Position numbers and translations under genes: made by a program. The notes below the pieces were generated by a model. That model was not told where the DNA came from, did no database searches, and was given only the letters and a program-made list of their open reading frames with translations. From Octopus sinensis (lineage: Eukaryota): a DNA stretch of 64,000 nt. Shown here piece after piece: positions 1 to 12,229 of this stretch. The stretch lies in the NCBI RefSeq assembly GCF_006345805.1, contig NC_043017.1:8308001-8372000 (forward strand), read 5' to 3'. Position 1 is the first letter of the stretch; each line of letters begins with the position of its first letter.

Positions 1-33
1 ATTATTTCTACTACAACTACAGTATTTAACGAG
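1..33 (+). other. Candidate 3' end of a host-gene exon (donor GAG|GTAAGA at 33/34)
   Basis: Strong consensus 5' splice site gag|gtaaga, followed by a ~600-nt pyrimidine-rich stretch ending in an acceptor at 642. Confidence 0.3.
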
Positions 34-103
34 GTAAGATGAAGAACTCTACAATATTCAATGAAAACTACTACTACTACTAATAAATTCTGATTCAGTT
101 CAA

Positions 104-640
104 ATGTTTCTTTTTCCCTCTCTTTCTGTCTCTGATTCTTCAAAATCTTTATCATTTTGTTTCCTAGTCAGACATCTCTTTATTTTCTTTCTCACTTTCC
201 ACTTTTGTAATATATTTCTTTTTCTTTCATCTTTTCTATCCTTTTCCCCCAGTAATCTTTCTTTCTCTCTTTCTCATTCTTCTCTTTCTTTCTGTTGCTT
301 CTTCACTTTTCAATCTTTCCTTTCTCTCTCAGTGTTCCATCCTATGTATATTTTTATTCTTTTCAATCTCATTCTCTTTGTCTCTCTTGTTCTTCCTCTG
401 TCATTTCCTTCTTTTTATCTCTCTCTTTCATTCATTCACTCTCTCTCTCTTTCGTTCTTCCTTTGTGTCTTTCAATTCTTTGTATTTCTCGTTCTTCCTC
501 TCTTTCTCTTCCTATGGGTCTCTTTTTGTTTTCCCTCCCTCTTTCATTTTTCCTCTCCCCCTTCGCTCTCCCCACCTCCAATCTTGTTTCATTCAATATT
601 TTCCCATTCTCACACTCTTTTGGTTTTCTATTGTCTTCAT
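104..640. repeat. Long polypyrimidine (CT/TTC-rich) low-complexity tract
   Basis: Direct reading; source of spurious F/L/S-rich ORFs. Confidence 0.85.
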
Positions 641-642
641 AG

Positions 643-759
643 CTGATGTGAAACTGTCTGTATATACCATGTCTTCTATATACACATGCTACAATGTCTC
701 GACTTAAGACTGACTCAAACTGTTGTAAATGGACAACCGAAGCCTTCTCATGCAGATTG
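643..759 (+). other. Candidate host-gene exon (UTR, possibly with ATG at 729 encoding MDNRSLLMQI)
   Basis: Acceptor ttttctattgtcttcatAG at 641-642, donor attg|GTAAAC at 759/760; a complex-sequence island between low-complexity tracts; ATG context taaATGg. Confidence 0.3.
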
Positions 760-761
760 GT

Positions 762-1500
762 AAACAGACTGGCAGACACTCTGACTGAGGGATAGATGAA
801 CTGAAAGACGGTGACAGACAGACTGACTCTTAGATAGACAGGTTGAAAGACAGCAAGAGATAAACAGATAGACTGTGAGCGAAAGATAGAGAGATTAGTT
901 GACTGAAAGATAGTAACTAAGGAATTGATAGATAGACTCAAATACAACGTGAGATGGACTGACATATTGATAGACAGATCAACTTAGACAGTAATAGATA
1001 TAGAGATAGGCAGCGATAGACTGAAAAACATCAGTAGATAGATAGATAGATAGGTAGGCAAGCAAGCAGACGGATAAACAAGCTGATAGATAGATAGATT
1101 TGACAGACAGACCAAAAGACATAGACATAAAATCAGATATATCTAGATAGCCAGATGCAGTTAGACATACAGATGCGGAGTCAGACAAATGTAGGCAAAC
1201 AGATGAACAGTCAGATGGTTATATGTGTACTATAAAAACAATTTGTGTTTCAAAATCTCATTGAGAGAGAGAGAGAGAGAGAGTATGAAAAAGAGAGAGT
1301 GAAAAGGAGAGTGAGTAAATGAGAAAGAGAGGGCGTGACTGAGAAAAAGGGAAAAAGTGAGTGTTAAAGAGAGAGAGAGAGAGAGACAGAGTAACAAACA
1401 GTGAATGAGAGAGAGAGAGACAATGAGTGAATGTTAAAGAGAGAGAGAGAGAGAGTGTGCGGGGAAGAGAAAGAAAAAAAAGAGTGAGTATGTGGGAAAG
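762..1500. repeat. Degenerate (GATA/GACA)n tract followed by (GA)n purine tract
   Basis: Direct reading. Confidence 0.85.
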
Positions 1501-2219
1501 AGAGGGATATCAACTTTTGTTTCAATGAAAATTTCATTCTCCTCCAGTCGTCTGAAGAGAGAAAAATTCAGGAAGACATTTCCTCGCTTCTCTCTTTGTT
1601 CTCGATGTAGGAAAAATTTATAAAATAAAATAAAACTGTTTGAAAAAAAAAAATTGATGACTTAATTTTTAAAAAAAATGTTTTTCTATGCCTTGTTTTA
1701 CCCCCAATTCCTCATTTTTTAAAAAGGAGCCACTCCAATGTTTTTCACTTCTTAAATCTCCTTTCACCCTGATAATCCATAATACCGGTTTATCTATCCG
1801 TATCAGCAGATATTTGATTATCTTTACCCATTCTCTTTATTCTTTACCACGATTTTGTATTTCTTTAACATTTTGCAGCTTCATTTATTATTATTATTAT
1901 TAATATTATTATTATTATTATTAATATTATTATTATTATTATTATCATTATTGTTGTTGTTGTTGTTTAAGGCTGGGAGTGAGGAAGGATATTTCTTTGA
2001 TTCGTTCTTCCATTTAGCAAACATGGCCATTGATTAAGGTCTTATATAACAAGACCGTTCCCTTCTCATTGACTATTTGTTTTGTTGGGGTGGGGGTTAA
2101 GGATATGGTCTTTCGATGTCTAAGTTTCCCGATTATAAATATATGTATATAGATCAGATCTATGTGCTTGTTTTGTGTATGTCTATAGGTGGTGATGGTA
2201 GTGTGTGTATGTGTGTGTT

Positions 2220-2267
<48 letters not shown>

Positions 2268-2439
2268 CACACACTCATACATTTATTCGATAGAGGTAAA
2301 ATAAGCACCGGATTTCATGTGGTCAACTAAACTCCGCGGAATTTCCGATTAGGGGCTCCATACCTCGTGAGAATGGAAAGGGTTACGGAAGTTTCACTTT
2401 AAAATATAATATTTATTTGCTTTTGTTGCCTGCAACCAT

Positions 2440-2913
2440 GCTTGGGCACCATCTTTAGTATGATAGGTCTTTATTTCACATTCGCTTCCCGACCTTCTCT
2501 CTTAAATTGTTTCTAATGAACAAGCGAGTTGGACTAAGCTGCTCTTCTTTGTGTTACTTCAAATATCCAAATTTTGGCCCAAATTTTCTTTGAAAACATT
2601 CGCATCTACCCTTCGCAGATCTCTGGGGTTGCTTGGCAGAATATTGAAAAGTTGTGAGCCCTTGAAACCTAAGCTATTACAGTACTGGGTCCTTACTCGA
2701 GACGGAGAAGACAGGATCCTTGGTACTATGCAGTGACGTCCAGTTCGCTGGTTGCCATAGCTTTCACCCCAAAATTCGGAGTTAGACCTTCCAGGATCTT
2801 CCAAGCTAATGGAGTACTCGTTGAGTAATTACTACTTCCGAGGTTCTGCTAGCTAGGAAACATATATAGCCTGGATTTTACCTGCTCCATTCCCCAAATT
2901 TTGATTTTTATTC

Positions 2914-2958
<45 letters not shown>

Positions 2959-3630
2959 CCTGCATATCTTTCGTATCTTCTCTCTAGGAAGTAGAGCCTC
3001 TGTTCTTTTAGCTTTTCCCAGTTGTTCATCTGTTGCACCGAGTCGAGTTTTTTTCGTGTTGTGGCATTGGATTACTTAGAGTTCTGCTGTTCGTGGTGAC
3101 CACAGTTAGGAGCAGTAGTCAAGGCAACTGAAAATAAGTGTTCTCCCAGGGTATTCTTTTTCTTGGTTCTGAATGCTCTCTGAGTCCAACCAGCCACTCG
3201 CTTGCACAGTGTTGTCATCTTGGTAATATGCAGTTGGAATGTTGCATCATGTGGATTTCCCGGTCACCCACCGACTCTGATTCAGGGATTGACCGATAGT
3301 AGAGTGTTTGAAACCTCACAGCATGAATTGCATGTTATTTATCACCTCACTTGTACAGGATGCAGCAGAAATACCTCCCACATTGGAAAGGTTGACAAGA
3401 GGAAAAGGAAACAACATTTATGAAAAATTAATTTTGCTGTTGTTTAAACAAAAGGGTTACAGTTTTTTGTTCATTAGCTAAATGAAAACATCATTGGCAC
3501 TTGCATAAGTTCATTAGCAACACGTAGGTGAAAGTTTAAAATGTGGGAGGTATTTCTGCCACATCCTGTATATTGCATTCAGGTCTTTTTGCAGTTTTAG
3601 GGTGTCATCAGGGTTCTCGACCTCCCGCGA
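2440..3630 (-). mobile_element. CR1-group LINE 3' fragment (C-terminal reverse transcriptase region), decayed
   Basis: Minus-strand peptides EVENPDDTLKLQKDLNAIY, NNMQF..RFQ, WEKLKEQRLYFLERRYERY and SLGFKGSQLFNILP...VFKENL resemble CR1/L2-group RT C-termini; interrupted by a (TA)n run and a MITE. Confidence 0.8.
3356..3568. mobile_element. Tc1/mariner-type MITE (213 bp) inserted in the LINE
   Basis: TIRs caggatgcagcagaaatacctcccacatt / aatgtgggaggtatttctgccacatcctg, TA on both sides. Confidence 0.9.
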
Positions 3631-3789
3631 TATGTATGTGTGTATGTATGTATGTATGTATGTGTGTGTTGAAAGCAATTGAAATTTCCCTTGTATGAAA
3701 TACGGGAATACTAAAAAATGAAAAAGAAAAAGTAAACATACTTTCCTTTTCTCACGAGAAATGGGACTTGAGGGACAGCTATTTCACCT

Positions 3790-3828
<39 letters not shown>

Positions 3829-3913
3829 TATATACATAATGTGTGTGGTGTGTATATGACTCATTGTTGTCTTAAAATAACTGTATACATTTCCCTATAT
3901 TTATGAGCGAGTA

Positions 3914-4890
3914 TGTATTTATTTTATGTTTATATACAACCAGTTGTGAGATGTCAACGTTTTTAATAACTGGTTCGTTAAGCTGCCAAAAGTTTTAACA
4001 GCCAGGATCTTGGTATAAAAAAATAAAATTCTGAATTTGGCATTAAAATATCTCTATTAATAAATTTAAATATGGTGAAATCTGGGTTTCAAGGAAACCT
4101 GTAATAGGAAACATGGCGTAAGAAATATATATGTACATTGTACTGTAAACAAAAATACAATTTAAAATTATGTATTTATTTTATGTTTATATACAACCAG
4201 TTGTGAGATGTCAACGTATTTAATAACTGGTTCGTTAAGCTGCCAAAAGTTTTAATAGCCAAGATCTTGATATAAAAAAATGAAATTCCGAATTTGGCAT
4301 TAAAATATCTCTATTAATAAATTTAAATATGATGAAATCTGGGTTTCAAGGAAACCTGTAATAGTTTCCACTCAGAAACAAACCCGTCAATATAAAGTTT
4401 GAAAGACTGATCAAGTTTACTTTGCTATTAGGAATATAAAATGTGGATTTCATACTTGATCCTTGTGTCATATTTGATCTTCGTATTTTATACAGCTTCT
4501 CCTCGACTTACGACTGATCCCCGTTCCAACTGACAGGTCGTAAGTCGATCTGGTCGTATTTCGGATTTATATTTTTCAACACTATTTTCATTCAAACGGG
4601 TTATAAAAATATAAAACACAAAAATTAATCCATAATTATTTATTTTATGTTTATATACAACCAGTTGTGAGATGTCAACGTATTTAATAACTGGTTCGTT
4701 AAGCTGCCAAAAGTTTTAATAGCCAGGATCTTGGTATAAAAAAATAAAATTCTGAATTTGGCATTAAAATATCTCTATTAATAAATTTAAATATGGTGAA
4801 ATCTGGGTTTCAAGGAAACCTGTAATAGGAAACATGGCGTAAGAAATATATATGTACATTGTACTGTAAACAAAAATACAATTTAAAATT
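3914..4890. repeat. Three near-identical copies of a 190-255 bp AT-rich segment (3914-4170, 4173-4363, 4638-4890)
   Basis: Each begins tatttattttatgtttatatacaaccagttgtgagatgtcaacg and runs through aaggaaacctgtaatag. Confidence 0.92.
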
Positions 4891-4986
4891 TATGTAAAAA
4901 TTAATACAAATGAAATTCCACATACATATAACAAAAAAAATTGTTCTTGTGAAAAAAGCGCAAACGAAAATAAATTTTTAATCTTC

Positions 4987-5885
4987 TCAGTCATGTTCTT
5001 GGGTTGAGGTTGATGGTTTTCCGAGGAAATAAAGAGATGGTTTTCCGAGGAACGTGGTGAGCTTTACTTGAACAGTGTTTTTCTCTTTTTCGTCACATAT
5101 CTTTCGATAACAACGCACAGAATCTTGAATGATACGTTCAACTTTTGCAAATCGTTCGACATTAGGTTCCATTGCTTCGAAACTGGCTTTATTCAATCGC
5201 GAAAACGAATCAGGTAAACCCTTTGCCTTGAATTTCTTTTCTGGCTCATCTTTCTCTTCTTTTCTTGCTTTTTCTTCTGCCACTCCGTCTGAAAATTCTT
5301 TTGTCTCGCAAACTAGCAATTCCTCTACATCTATTTCACATTCTAATTCTAGAGTGTTTGCAAGTTTAACTCTCTTCTCTCATCAATTCTAGCTCCTCTT
5401 CTTGTTCAAATCCTTCATATGTACTCACAGCATTTGAGACACTTTTTCCAAATTCCTGACATACACTTCTTTAGTACACGCTCCCATTTGGCCGAAATAT
5501 TCTTGATGCACTGAAGAATGTTGTACTGCTTCCATGGCTTGTGTGAATGTCGTTTTGAGGTAATAAACCTTAAATATTGAAATAGTCCTCTGATCTATGG
5601 GCTGGATGATAGTGGTTGTGTTAGGCGATATAAAAACCACTCTAACGTCGGGATGAAGGTCGTCCAAACGAGGCAGGTGGCCGGGTCCATTGTCCACAAT
5701 CAATAAAATCTTGAAAGGGATACCTCTTTTTGCACAATATTCACGAGGCGTGAACCACATGGTCCCGGGTTCAGTCCCACTGCGTGGCACCTTGGACAAG
5801 TGTCTTCTACTATAGCCTCGGGCCGACCAAAGCCTTGTGAGTGGATTTAGTTGACAGAAACTGAAAGAAGCGCGTCGAATATATG

Positions 5886-5958
<73 letters not shown>

Positions 5959-7025
5959 ATGTTTGTATATGTTTGTGTGTCTGTGTTTGTTCCCCCAACA
6001 TCGCTTGACAACCGATGCTGGTGTGTTTACGTCCCCGTAACGTAGCGGTTCGGCAAAGAGACCGATAAAATAAGTACTAGGCTTACAAAGAATAAGTCCT
6101 GGGATAGATTTGCTCGACTAAAGTCGGTGCTCCAGCATGGCCACAGTCAAATGACCGAAACAAGTAAAAGAGTAAGAGCCTGGGTAGTGAAGCAGTTCAT
6201 GAACCAGTCTTCGAACAGTGCTTGAGTGATCCACGCTTTACTGTTTGAATGATAGTAAACAGGCAGTGTATGTTCCTAAATGCACGAGGGTTTCCTGAAT
6301 GATAGATTAGAAAAGGCTTCAGCTTAAAACCCGCGGCATTACCACCCAGCAACAAAGTCAATCTATCCTTAAAAGCTTTGAATCCTGGCATTCTGCTTTT
6401 TTTTTTTTTGGTGTATGTACGTGCGAGTAGGCATTCATTTCCATAGCAAGCCAGTTTCGTCTTCATTGAATATTTGTTCTGGTATAAAAGCTTTTTTTTT
6501 TCAATTAATTCGTCAACGAATTTTTGGGCTCTATCTTCATCTGCACTTCCTGCATCTCCTGTGACACGTACATTATGCAAAGCAAATCTTTTTTTTTAAA
6601 CGCATAAATCATCCATTACTAGCGCGAAAATAATGTGCATAATCGTCTCTAGAGTGTGATTTTAGAGTCTGAAACCGACTTCTAGCCTTTGTTTTCGCTC
6701 TGAGAAGGCTCACGGGTGTTTTTCTTCTGTATTAAATCTTCCATCCACGCGGATAACAATTTTTCCATTTCATGGATGGATTCCTGTCGTTGTTTGGTTA
6801 AAATTGTAGACTTCATAGGCGCAAAACATTTCACAGCTTCACGAATTCTTTCTTTGTCCTTTTAAGTATCGTCGTTATCGTGGAATGTGATAACTTCAAG
6901 TCACATACTATTCACCTTTTTTCCGCCTTCGTACTTCCAGATAATCTTCATTTTACAGTCGAAATATTCCTTGACTTCTTAACTGGTGCATCTGTAAATG
7001 AAAACATTTTCCTTTTACCAGTCGT
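4987..7025 (-). pseudogene. Tigger (TIGD1-like) transposase pseudogene: CENP-B-type HTH plus DDE_1
   Basis: Fragments LSHSTITTILK, EMEKLLSAWMED, LHNVRVTGDAGSAD, MPGFKAFKDRLTLLLGGNAAGFKLKPFLIYHSGNPRAF, KILLIVDNGPGH, PNTTTIIQPIDQRTISIFKVYY; multiple frameshifts and a SINE insertion. Confidence 0.9.
5748..6178 (+). mobile_element. tRNA-derived SINE family A (internal microsatellite), 5'-truncated, inserted in the transposase
   Basis: B-box-like gggttcagtccc, body gcaccttgg.caagtgtcttctactatagcc, tail gaaacaagtaaaagagtaagag; removing it rejoins TQA|REYC. Confidence 0.88.
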
Positions 7026-7210
7026 TTTAGGGGTATTTCCGATACAATTGTAAAAAATCCACACGCAACTGATGGTTGAAAGCAACTGAGTGAGAGACAG
7101 TGGCAGGCAGTGGGTGCCTGGGTCTGAGGGAGGCTTGCGTTGTTAGAGCTTGCCCGAAAATCTATTGTTTATTTATTTATTGGTTGTGGTCGTAAGTCGA
7201 GGAAAAGGTA

Positions 7211-7442
7211 TATTTGATCCTCGTATTTTGTATATGATCTTAGTATTTTAGCTTTGATCCTTGCATTTCATATCTGATCCTAGTATTCTATTGTTGGGTG
7301 GATCGTAAGATTGTGGTTTCGAGTCCTGGACCGGGCGATGCGTTGTGTTCCTGAGCAAAACACTTCATTTCACCTTACCCCAATCCATTCAGCTGGCAAA
7401 AGTGAGTAGTCATGTGACGAATTAGCGACTCGTCCAGTGCGG

Positions 7443-7484
<42 letters not shown>

Positions 7485-7760
7485 GCCACAGAATCCTGGA
7501 GAGCGGCCTTATGAGTCAATGACTCAGGAAGGATCTTTGATCCTCTTTTGACTGATTCTATAGCTGATCCCAGTTTTTATATTTGGTCCTAGTTATATTT
7601 TAATTTTACCCTAGTATTTTATGTTTGTGACTGGTATTTTATACTAGTTCCAAACATATATTTTAATTTGATATTTGAATTTTATATTCGATCTTAGATT
7701 TCATATCTGATCTTCGTTTTATTTTTATATTTGAGTCTGGTATTTTATATGTGAGACAAG
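7211..7760. repeat. Degenerate ~20-bp minisatellite (atatttgatcctagtatttt), also present at 4445-4492
   Basis: Units visible on both sides of the Tigger; interrupted by a SINE at ~7298-7540. Confidence 0.7.
7298..7540 (+). mobile_element. tRNA-derived SINE (family B variant)
   Basis: ggtttcgagtcctgg B-box followed by gcgttgtgttcctgagcaaaacacttcatttcac core shared with the 8941 copy. Confidence 0.7.
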
Positions 7761-8940
7761 TATATCATAATTAAATTTTCTTACTGTATATAAAATGTCA
7801 AACATTTCATATCTATATAATTTTATTTTCTTTCGTTGGAAGGAAAATGCAAAGTGGTACATTCATGCCTTTATAAAAAGCATTAGGCAACATTAAGTGA
7901 TATCGTTTCTTCAACCAAGTCTGACATTTTGTTCAATGCATCATTATTTTTGTTTTATCTAGTTCTTTTCTAGATGAGTTAGTGAAAAAAAATACGGGAG
8001 AATAATTTTAAAATAGACATTTACGATTTCGATAACTCTCAAAATTTATAACACACACACACACGTACATACATATACAAAGACGCAAGTACACACATAC
8101 GCATATACGCACGTACACACACTCACTCGCACGCGCGCATTGCGACATCCTCTTCCTTGCACAGCAAGATCTTCCTCCTCCACCACCTCACCCTGTATTT
8201 GCAGATCGTCGTGCTTAAAATTCGATACACCAAGGTAAAATTCGAAAAAAATAAATATATAGATAAATTCGATACAAGGTGTAAAAGATGCCAAATTAAT
8301 TTGGTAAAATATTGTAGGTCACGTACAGGTGATCCAATATTAGTTTCAGAAACTATTTTCAACACCCGACTGAACAGGCAGTGGTGATGCTGTAATGGCG
8401 GCGGTGAGTGAGTGGTAGTTGTGATTAGCTTTGGTGGTGGTGGTGGCTGCGATGGTGGTAGTGATAAAGGTGGTGGTAATGATGATGGTGATAGTAGTGA
8501 TTATGCTGATTGTGGTTGTCGTTATAGCGATGGTGGTGGTGGCTGTGACGGTGTGGCGTGATGATGGTAGTGATGATAATGGTGGTAATAATTGGCGGTG
8601 GCAGTTGCTATCGTTGTGTCGATGTTGTGGCTGTTTACAGTATTGGTGATGGCTACAGCGATGATGATAGTGGTAATGTGGTGTGATGGTGGTGATGATT
8701 TATAATTACGTGGCTTAGACAAGATTGCATAAGAAAAAGAATATAAAATCTGGATTTGCTTGTCAAAAAGAAGTCATCGCAAATCCATTCAGACTCGCCC
8801 CATCGATCATATTTGCTGCTGTCGTTGTTGTTTTTGTTGCTGAGCTCCAGATGGCATTGACATTTAATGTTGGCTTGAGAACCCCATGAATAATTTTCTA
8901 ACTGCAAATACTCCGTCTCCCTATCTGTAATCATTCGTGT

Positions 8941-9266
8941 TGTGAGGGCGCGTGGCTTAGTGGTTAGGGCATTCGGCTCATGATCGTAAGGTTGTGAGTT
9001 CGATTCCCGGCGACGCGTTGTGTCCTTGAGCAAGACACTTTATTTCACGTTGCTCCAGTCCACTCAGCTGGCAAAAATGAGTTGTACTTGTATTTCAAAG
9101 GGTCAGCCTTGTCACTCTCTGTGTCACGCTGATTATCCCCGAGAACTACGTTAAGGGTGCACGTGTCTGTGGAATGCTCAGCCATTTGCACGTTAATTTC
9201 GCGAGCAAGCTGTTCCGTTGATCGTATCAGCTGGGACCCTCGTCGTCGTAACCGGCGGAGTCTTTC
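8941..9266 (+). mobile_element. tRNA-derived SINE family B, full length and young, with 12-bp TSD
   Basis: A-box tggcttagtgg, B-box gagttcgattccc, core tgtgtccttgagcaagacact; TSD aatcattcgtgt at 8929-8940 and 9267-9278. Confidence 0.92.
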
Positions 9267-9517
9267 AATCATTCGTGTGACGGATATAGGAGAACCTCTG
9301 TTTTTTTGTTTTTTTTTTGTTTTTCACCCACGAAAATAGCAAAACAGTTGGTACGAGCAAAAAAAATGGTGCTCCTGGGCGGTCGCTTTTCTTGCTAGAA
9401 ATATCAATCAGTACTCCCTCAAATCATATCGTATCGTACTAAAAGGAAAAGGGCACGTTGGATGATGTAGTCTGGAAGGGGAATATTATAGTTTTAAGAA
9501 GAAAAAATTGTTTGTCG

Positions 9518-9905
9518 TAGACTTGGTTGTATGGTTAAGAAGCTTGCTTTGCAACCAGGTGTGTTCTGGTTCAATTCCACTGCACCGCACCTTGGGCAAG
9601 TGTCTTCTACTATAGCTGTAGGTCGATCAATGCCTTGTGAATGAATTTGGTAGACGGAAACTGTGTGGCAGCCTGTAGCATATGTGTGTGTGTGTGTTTT
9701 TTGTGTTCGTTCCCATGACTTCTTGACTACCGGAGTTGGCTTGTTTGCGTCCCTATAACTTAGCTGTTCGGTAAAAAATATCGATAGAATACCAGACTTG
9801 GCCATAAGAAGTACTGGGGGGGGGGTCGATTTGTTCAACCTATACCTTTCAAGGCGGTGCTCCTGTATGGCTTCAGTCCATTGACTTAAAAAGATAAAAG
9901 ACAAG
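9518..9905 (+). mobile_element. SINE family A, diverged
   Basis: Colinear similarity to the 58890-59306 copy. Confidence 0.8.
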
Positions 9906-10084
9906 ACCAAAAAAAAAAAAAGACCAACCACGATTGCAAAGCCTTTGATTCCATGGCTGTTTAATCAATACCGTCTGGAGATAAACAGCAACAACAACAG
10001 CGATAACAACGGAGGCTCTCAGTTGGTTTGCAGTGACTGCTTTTTGAGCAGCAGATCCAGATTTAATTACGATTTTTTTTCTGG

Positions 10085-10410
10085 CCTTTCATTACCATAT
10101 TTCTATTAAAATACGCTACCTTCATTTCAATTATTTTAAAACTTGGTGGAGAATTTTAATAAAATAACTTTGTCATTCGATATGAAGCTGGTGTTTGCAA
10201 CGTAAATTAAAATAAAATTTTGATGGAAGATTTATATTTAGATCACTTTAAACCTTTTGCTACCATAATTCTGTTGAAATACACTGCCTTCATTTGAATT
10301 GATCTTGCAATTCATGAAGAATTTAGTAAAATAACTTTGTCATAATTTATTAAATTGGTATTTGGACCATAAATTGCCATAAAATTTTGATGAAAGTTTT
10401 TAATTTAGAT
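10085..10410. mobile_element. Two degenerate tandem copies of a piggyBac-like MITE
   Basis: Similar to 39896-40115 (aagaatttagtaaaataactt...gatggaagatttt). Confidence 0.5.
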
Positions 10411-11661
10411 TATAGTACCATAACAACAGAGAATGGCCTCTGATGGGTTGGTTAGAAGCATCCCTAAATAAATGTGCTCCTAGACTTTGTTTCTTTTATA
10501 ACTTTCAGAAAAACGAATATTCGATTCCCTGAGTGGGTGGCGCGTTTTTTCTTTTTCTTGAGCAAAATACTTCATTTTACGTTGCTCCAGTCCCCACTTT
10601 CGATCAGGAGGGTAATGTTGGCCTGCTCGTCTAACCAGAGGAGCGGCGTCATTTGAAGGCTAAAACAATGCAAATGCGCATTGTGACCAGCGATGTGTAA
10701 CAACATCCAATAGATTGGTCAGGAATTCCAACCACGTTTCGCGGTTCGCTACCTCAGCAGCTCCTTTATAGGATCCAGACAATTTCTTCGGGATATACAC
10801 GTTTTGGCAGATATATAAAATATTTGCCTTGAAAATGTCACCTCACTTTTTTGTCACGCACGTCACACAAGGTAAACGATAATTGCGACCTCATATTGCT
10901 GTTGTCTAGCAAACTCATTACCATTTTAGGAAATTTCAAAGTCAATGTAAATAAATACATCAAACGTTTTATGCTACTCTGGAGAAATTCAGAGGAATTA
11001 ACAGTTTATATATTCTGGTGAAAGTTGTTATTTTTACATAGGCGTCATTTTTGTCACGCGCGGTATACTTTTCGATTCTCCTTCAAAAATTTCAACACGC
11101 ATTCCATATAAAAAATATTTTGTTTAAAATTTGCCCGAGTAGTTAAACTTTACTGTGAAAAAGTGAATCGATACAATTCTTGTAGATGTCCAAAATTTAC
11201 GGCTAAAATATTTCATAACTTATCTCTGGCCGTCATGTACGTCACGCGAGAGCAGCTCTGAAATATGGCTCAGTCGTTATTAAGCTAATGTTTGGAATGT
11301 AAATCAGTGGACAGGAGAATGATGGCTGGATATCAACCATAAAGCAAATGTTTTGTGATTACGCTCGTAATTAACTTGAGCAAAGCATGGCTATTAAACT
11401 ATCCACGTGTATCGAATGCTAAATAGTAGAGATAATGATTAACAAAAGCCTTGGACAGAAGAATACCGGTTAGATACCATGAAACATCCACTGATGTTCT
11501 CATTAAGTTGGATCTACCAGATATTTTCTGATTACATTGATTATTAAACACTGGTAAAGTATTTGGCTATTAACTATCCATCTATGTAGTAATGTTCACT
11601 GTAGAAATTTACAATGAATAACATTAAATATACAATACGAATATTTTACTGCAAAATTACT

Positions 11662-11892
11662 TATTTTTTTATTACCCACAAGGGGCTAAACACAGAGGGG
11701 ACAAACAAGGACAGACATAGGTATTAAGCCAATTACATCGACCACAGTGCGTAACTGGTACTTAATTTATCGACCCCGAAAGGATGAAAGGCAAAGTCTA
11801 CCTCGGCGGAATTTGAACTCACAACGTAACGGCAGACAGAATACTGCTAAGCATTTCGCCCGGCGTGCTAACGTTTCTGCCAGCTCGCCGCC
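11662..11892 (-). mobile_element. SINE family C (Nin/Deu-domain-like core), young, with 16-bp TSD
   Basis: Core gcctttcatcctttcggggtcgataaattaagtaccag on the minus strand; TSD ttactgcaaaattact at 11646-11661 and 11893-11908. Confidence 0.88.
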
Positions 11893-11907
11893 TTACTGCA
11901 AAATTAC

Positions 11908-12229
11908 TGGCACCCCGTCGGTTACAAGGATAAAAGTTCCGGTTGATCAGATCAGCGGAACAGCCTGTTTGTGAAATTAACGTGCAAATGGCTGAGTACT
12001 CCACACACATACATACACTTAATGTAGTTCTGAGGGAGATTCAGTGTGACACAGAACGTGACAATGCCGGCTCTTTGAAATACTGGTACAATCCATTTCT
12101 GTCAGCTGAATGGACTGGAGCCATGTGAAATAAAGTGTCTTGCTCAAGGACGTAAGGTGCCTCCGGGAATCAAACTCGTTACCTGACGATTGTGAGCCAG
12201 ATACCCTAACCACTAGGCCATGCGCCGTC
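11908..12229 (-). mobile_element. SINE family B, full length
   Basis: Reverse complement of the 8941-9266 type; flanked by actgcaaaat(t/c)ac. Confidence 0.85.

Larger units (their letters stand above)
4493..7210 (-). mobile_element. Tigger/pogo DNA transposon, near full length, non-functional
   Basis: 22-bp TIRs cagcttctcctcgacttacgac (4493) / gtcgtaagtcgaggaaaaggta (ends 7210) with 3 mismatches, TA at both ends; internal decayed transposase. Confidence 0.92.

Noticed and set aside
8946-9012. Functional tRNA gene
   Set aside because: A and B boxes are present but continue into a SINE body with TSDs; it is a SINE head.
10733-10762. Hammerhead-like ctgctga...gaaacgt on the minus strand
   Set aside because: Core deviates from CUGANGA and stems I/II are not convincing.
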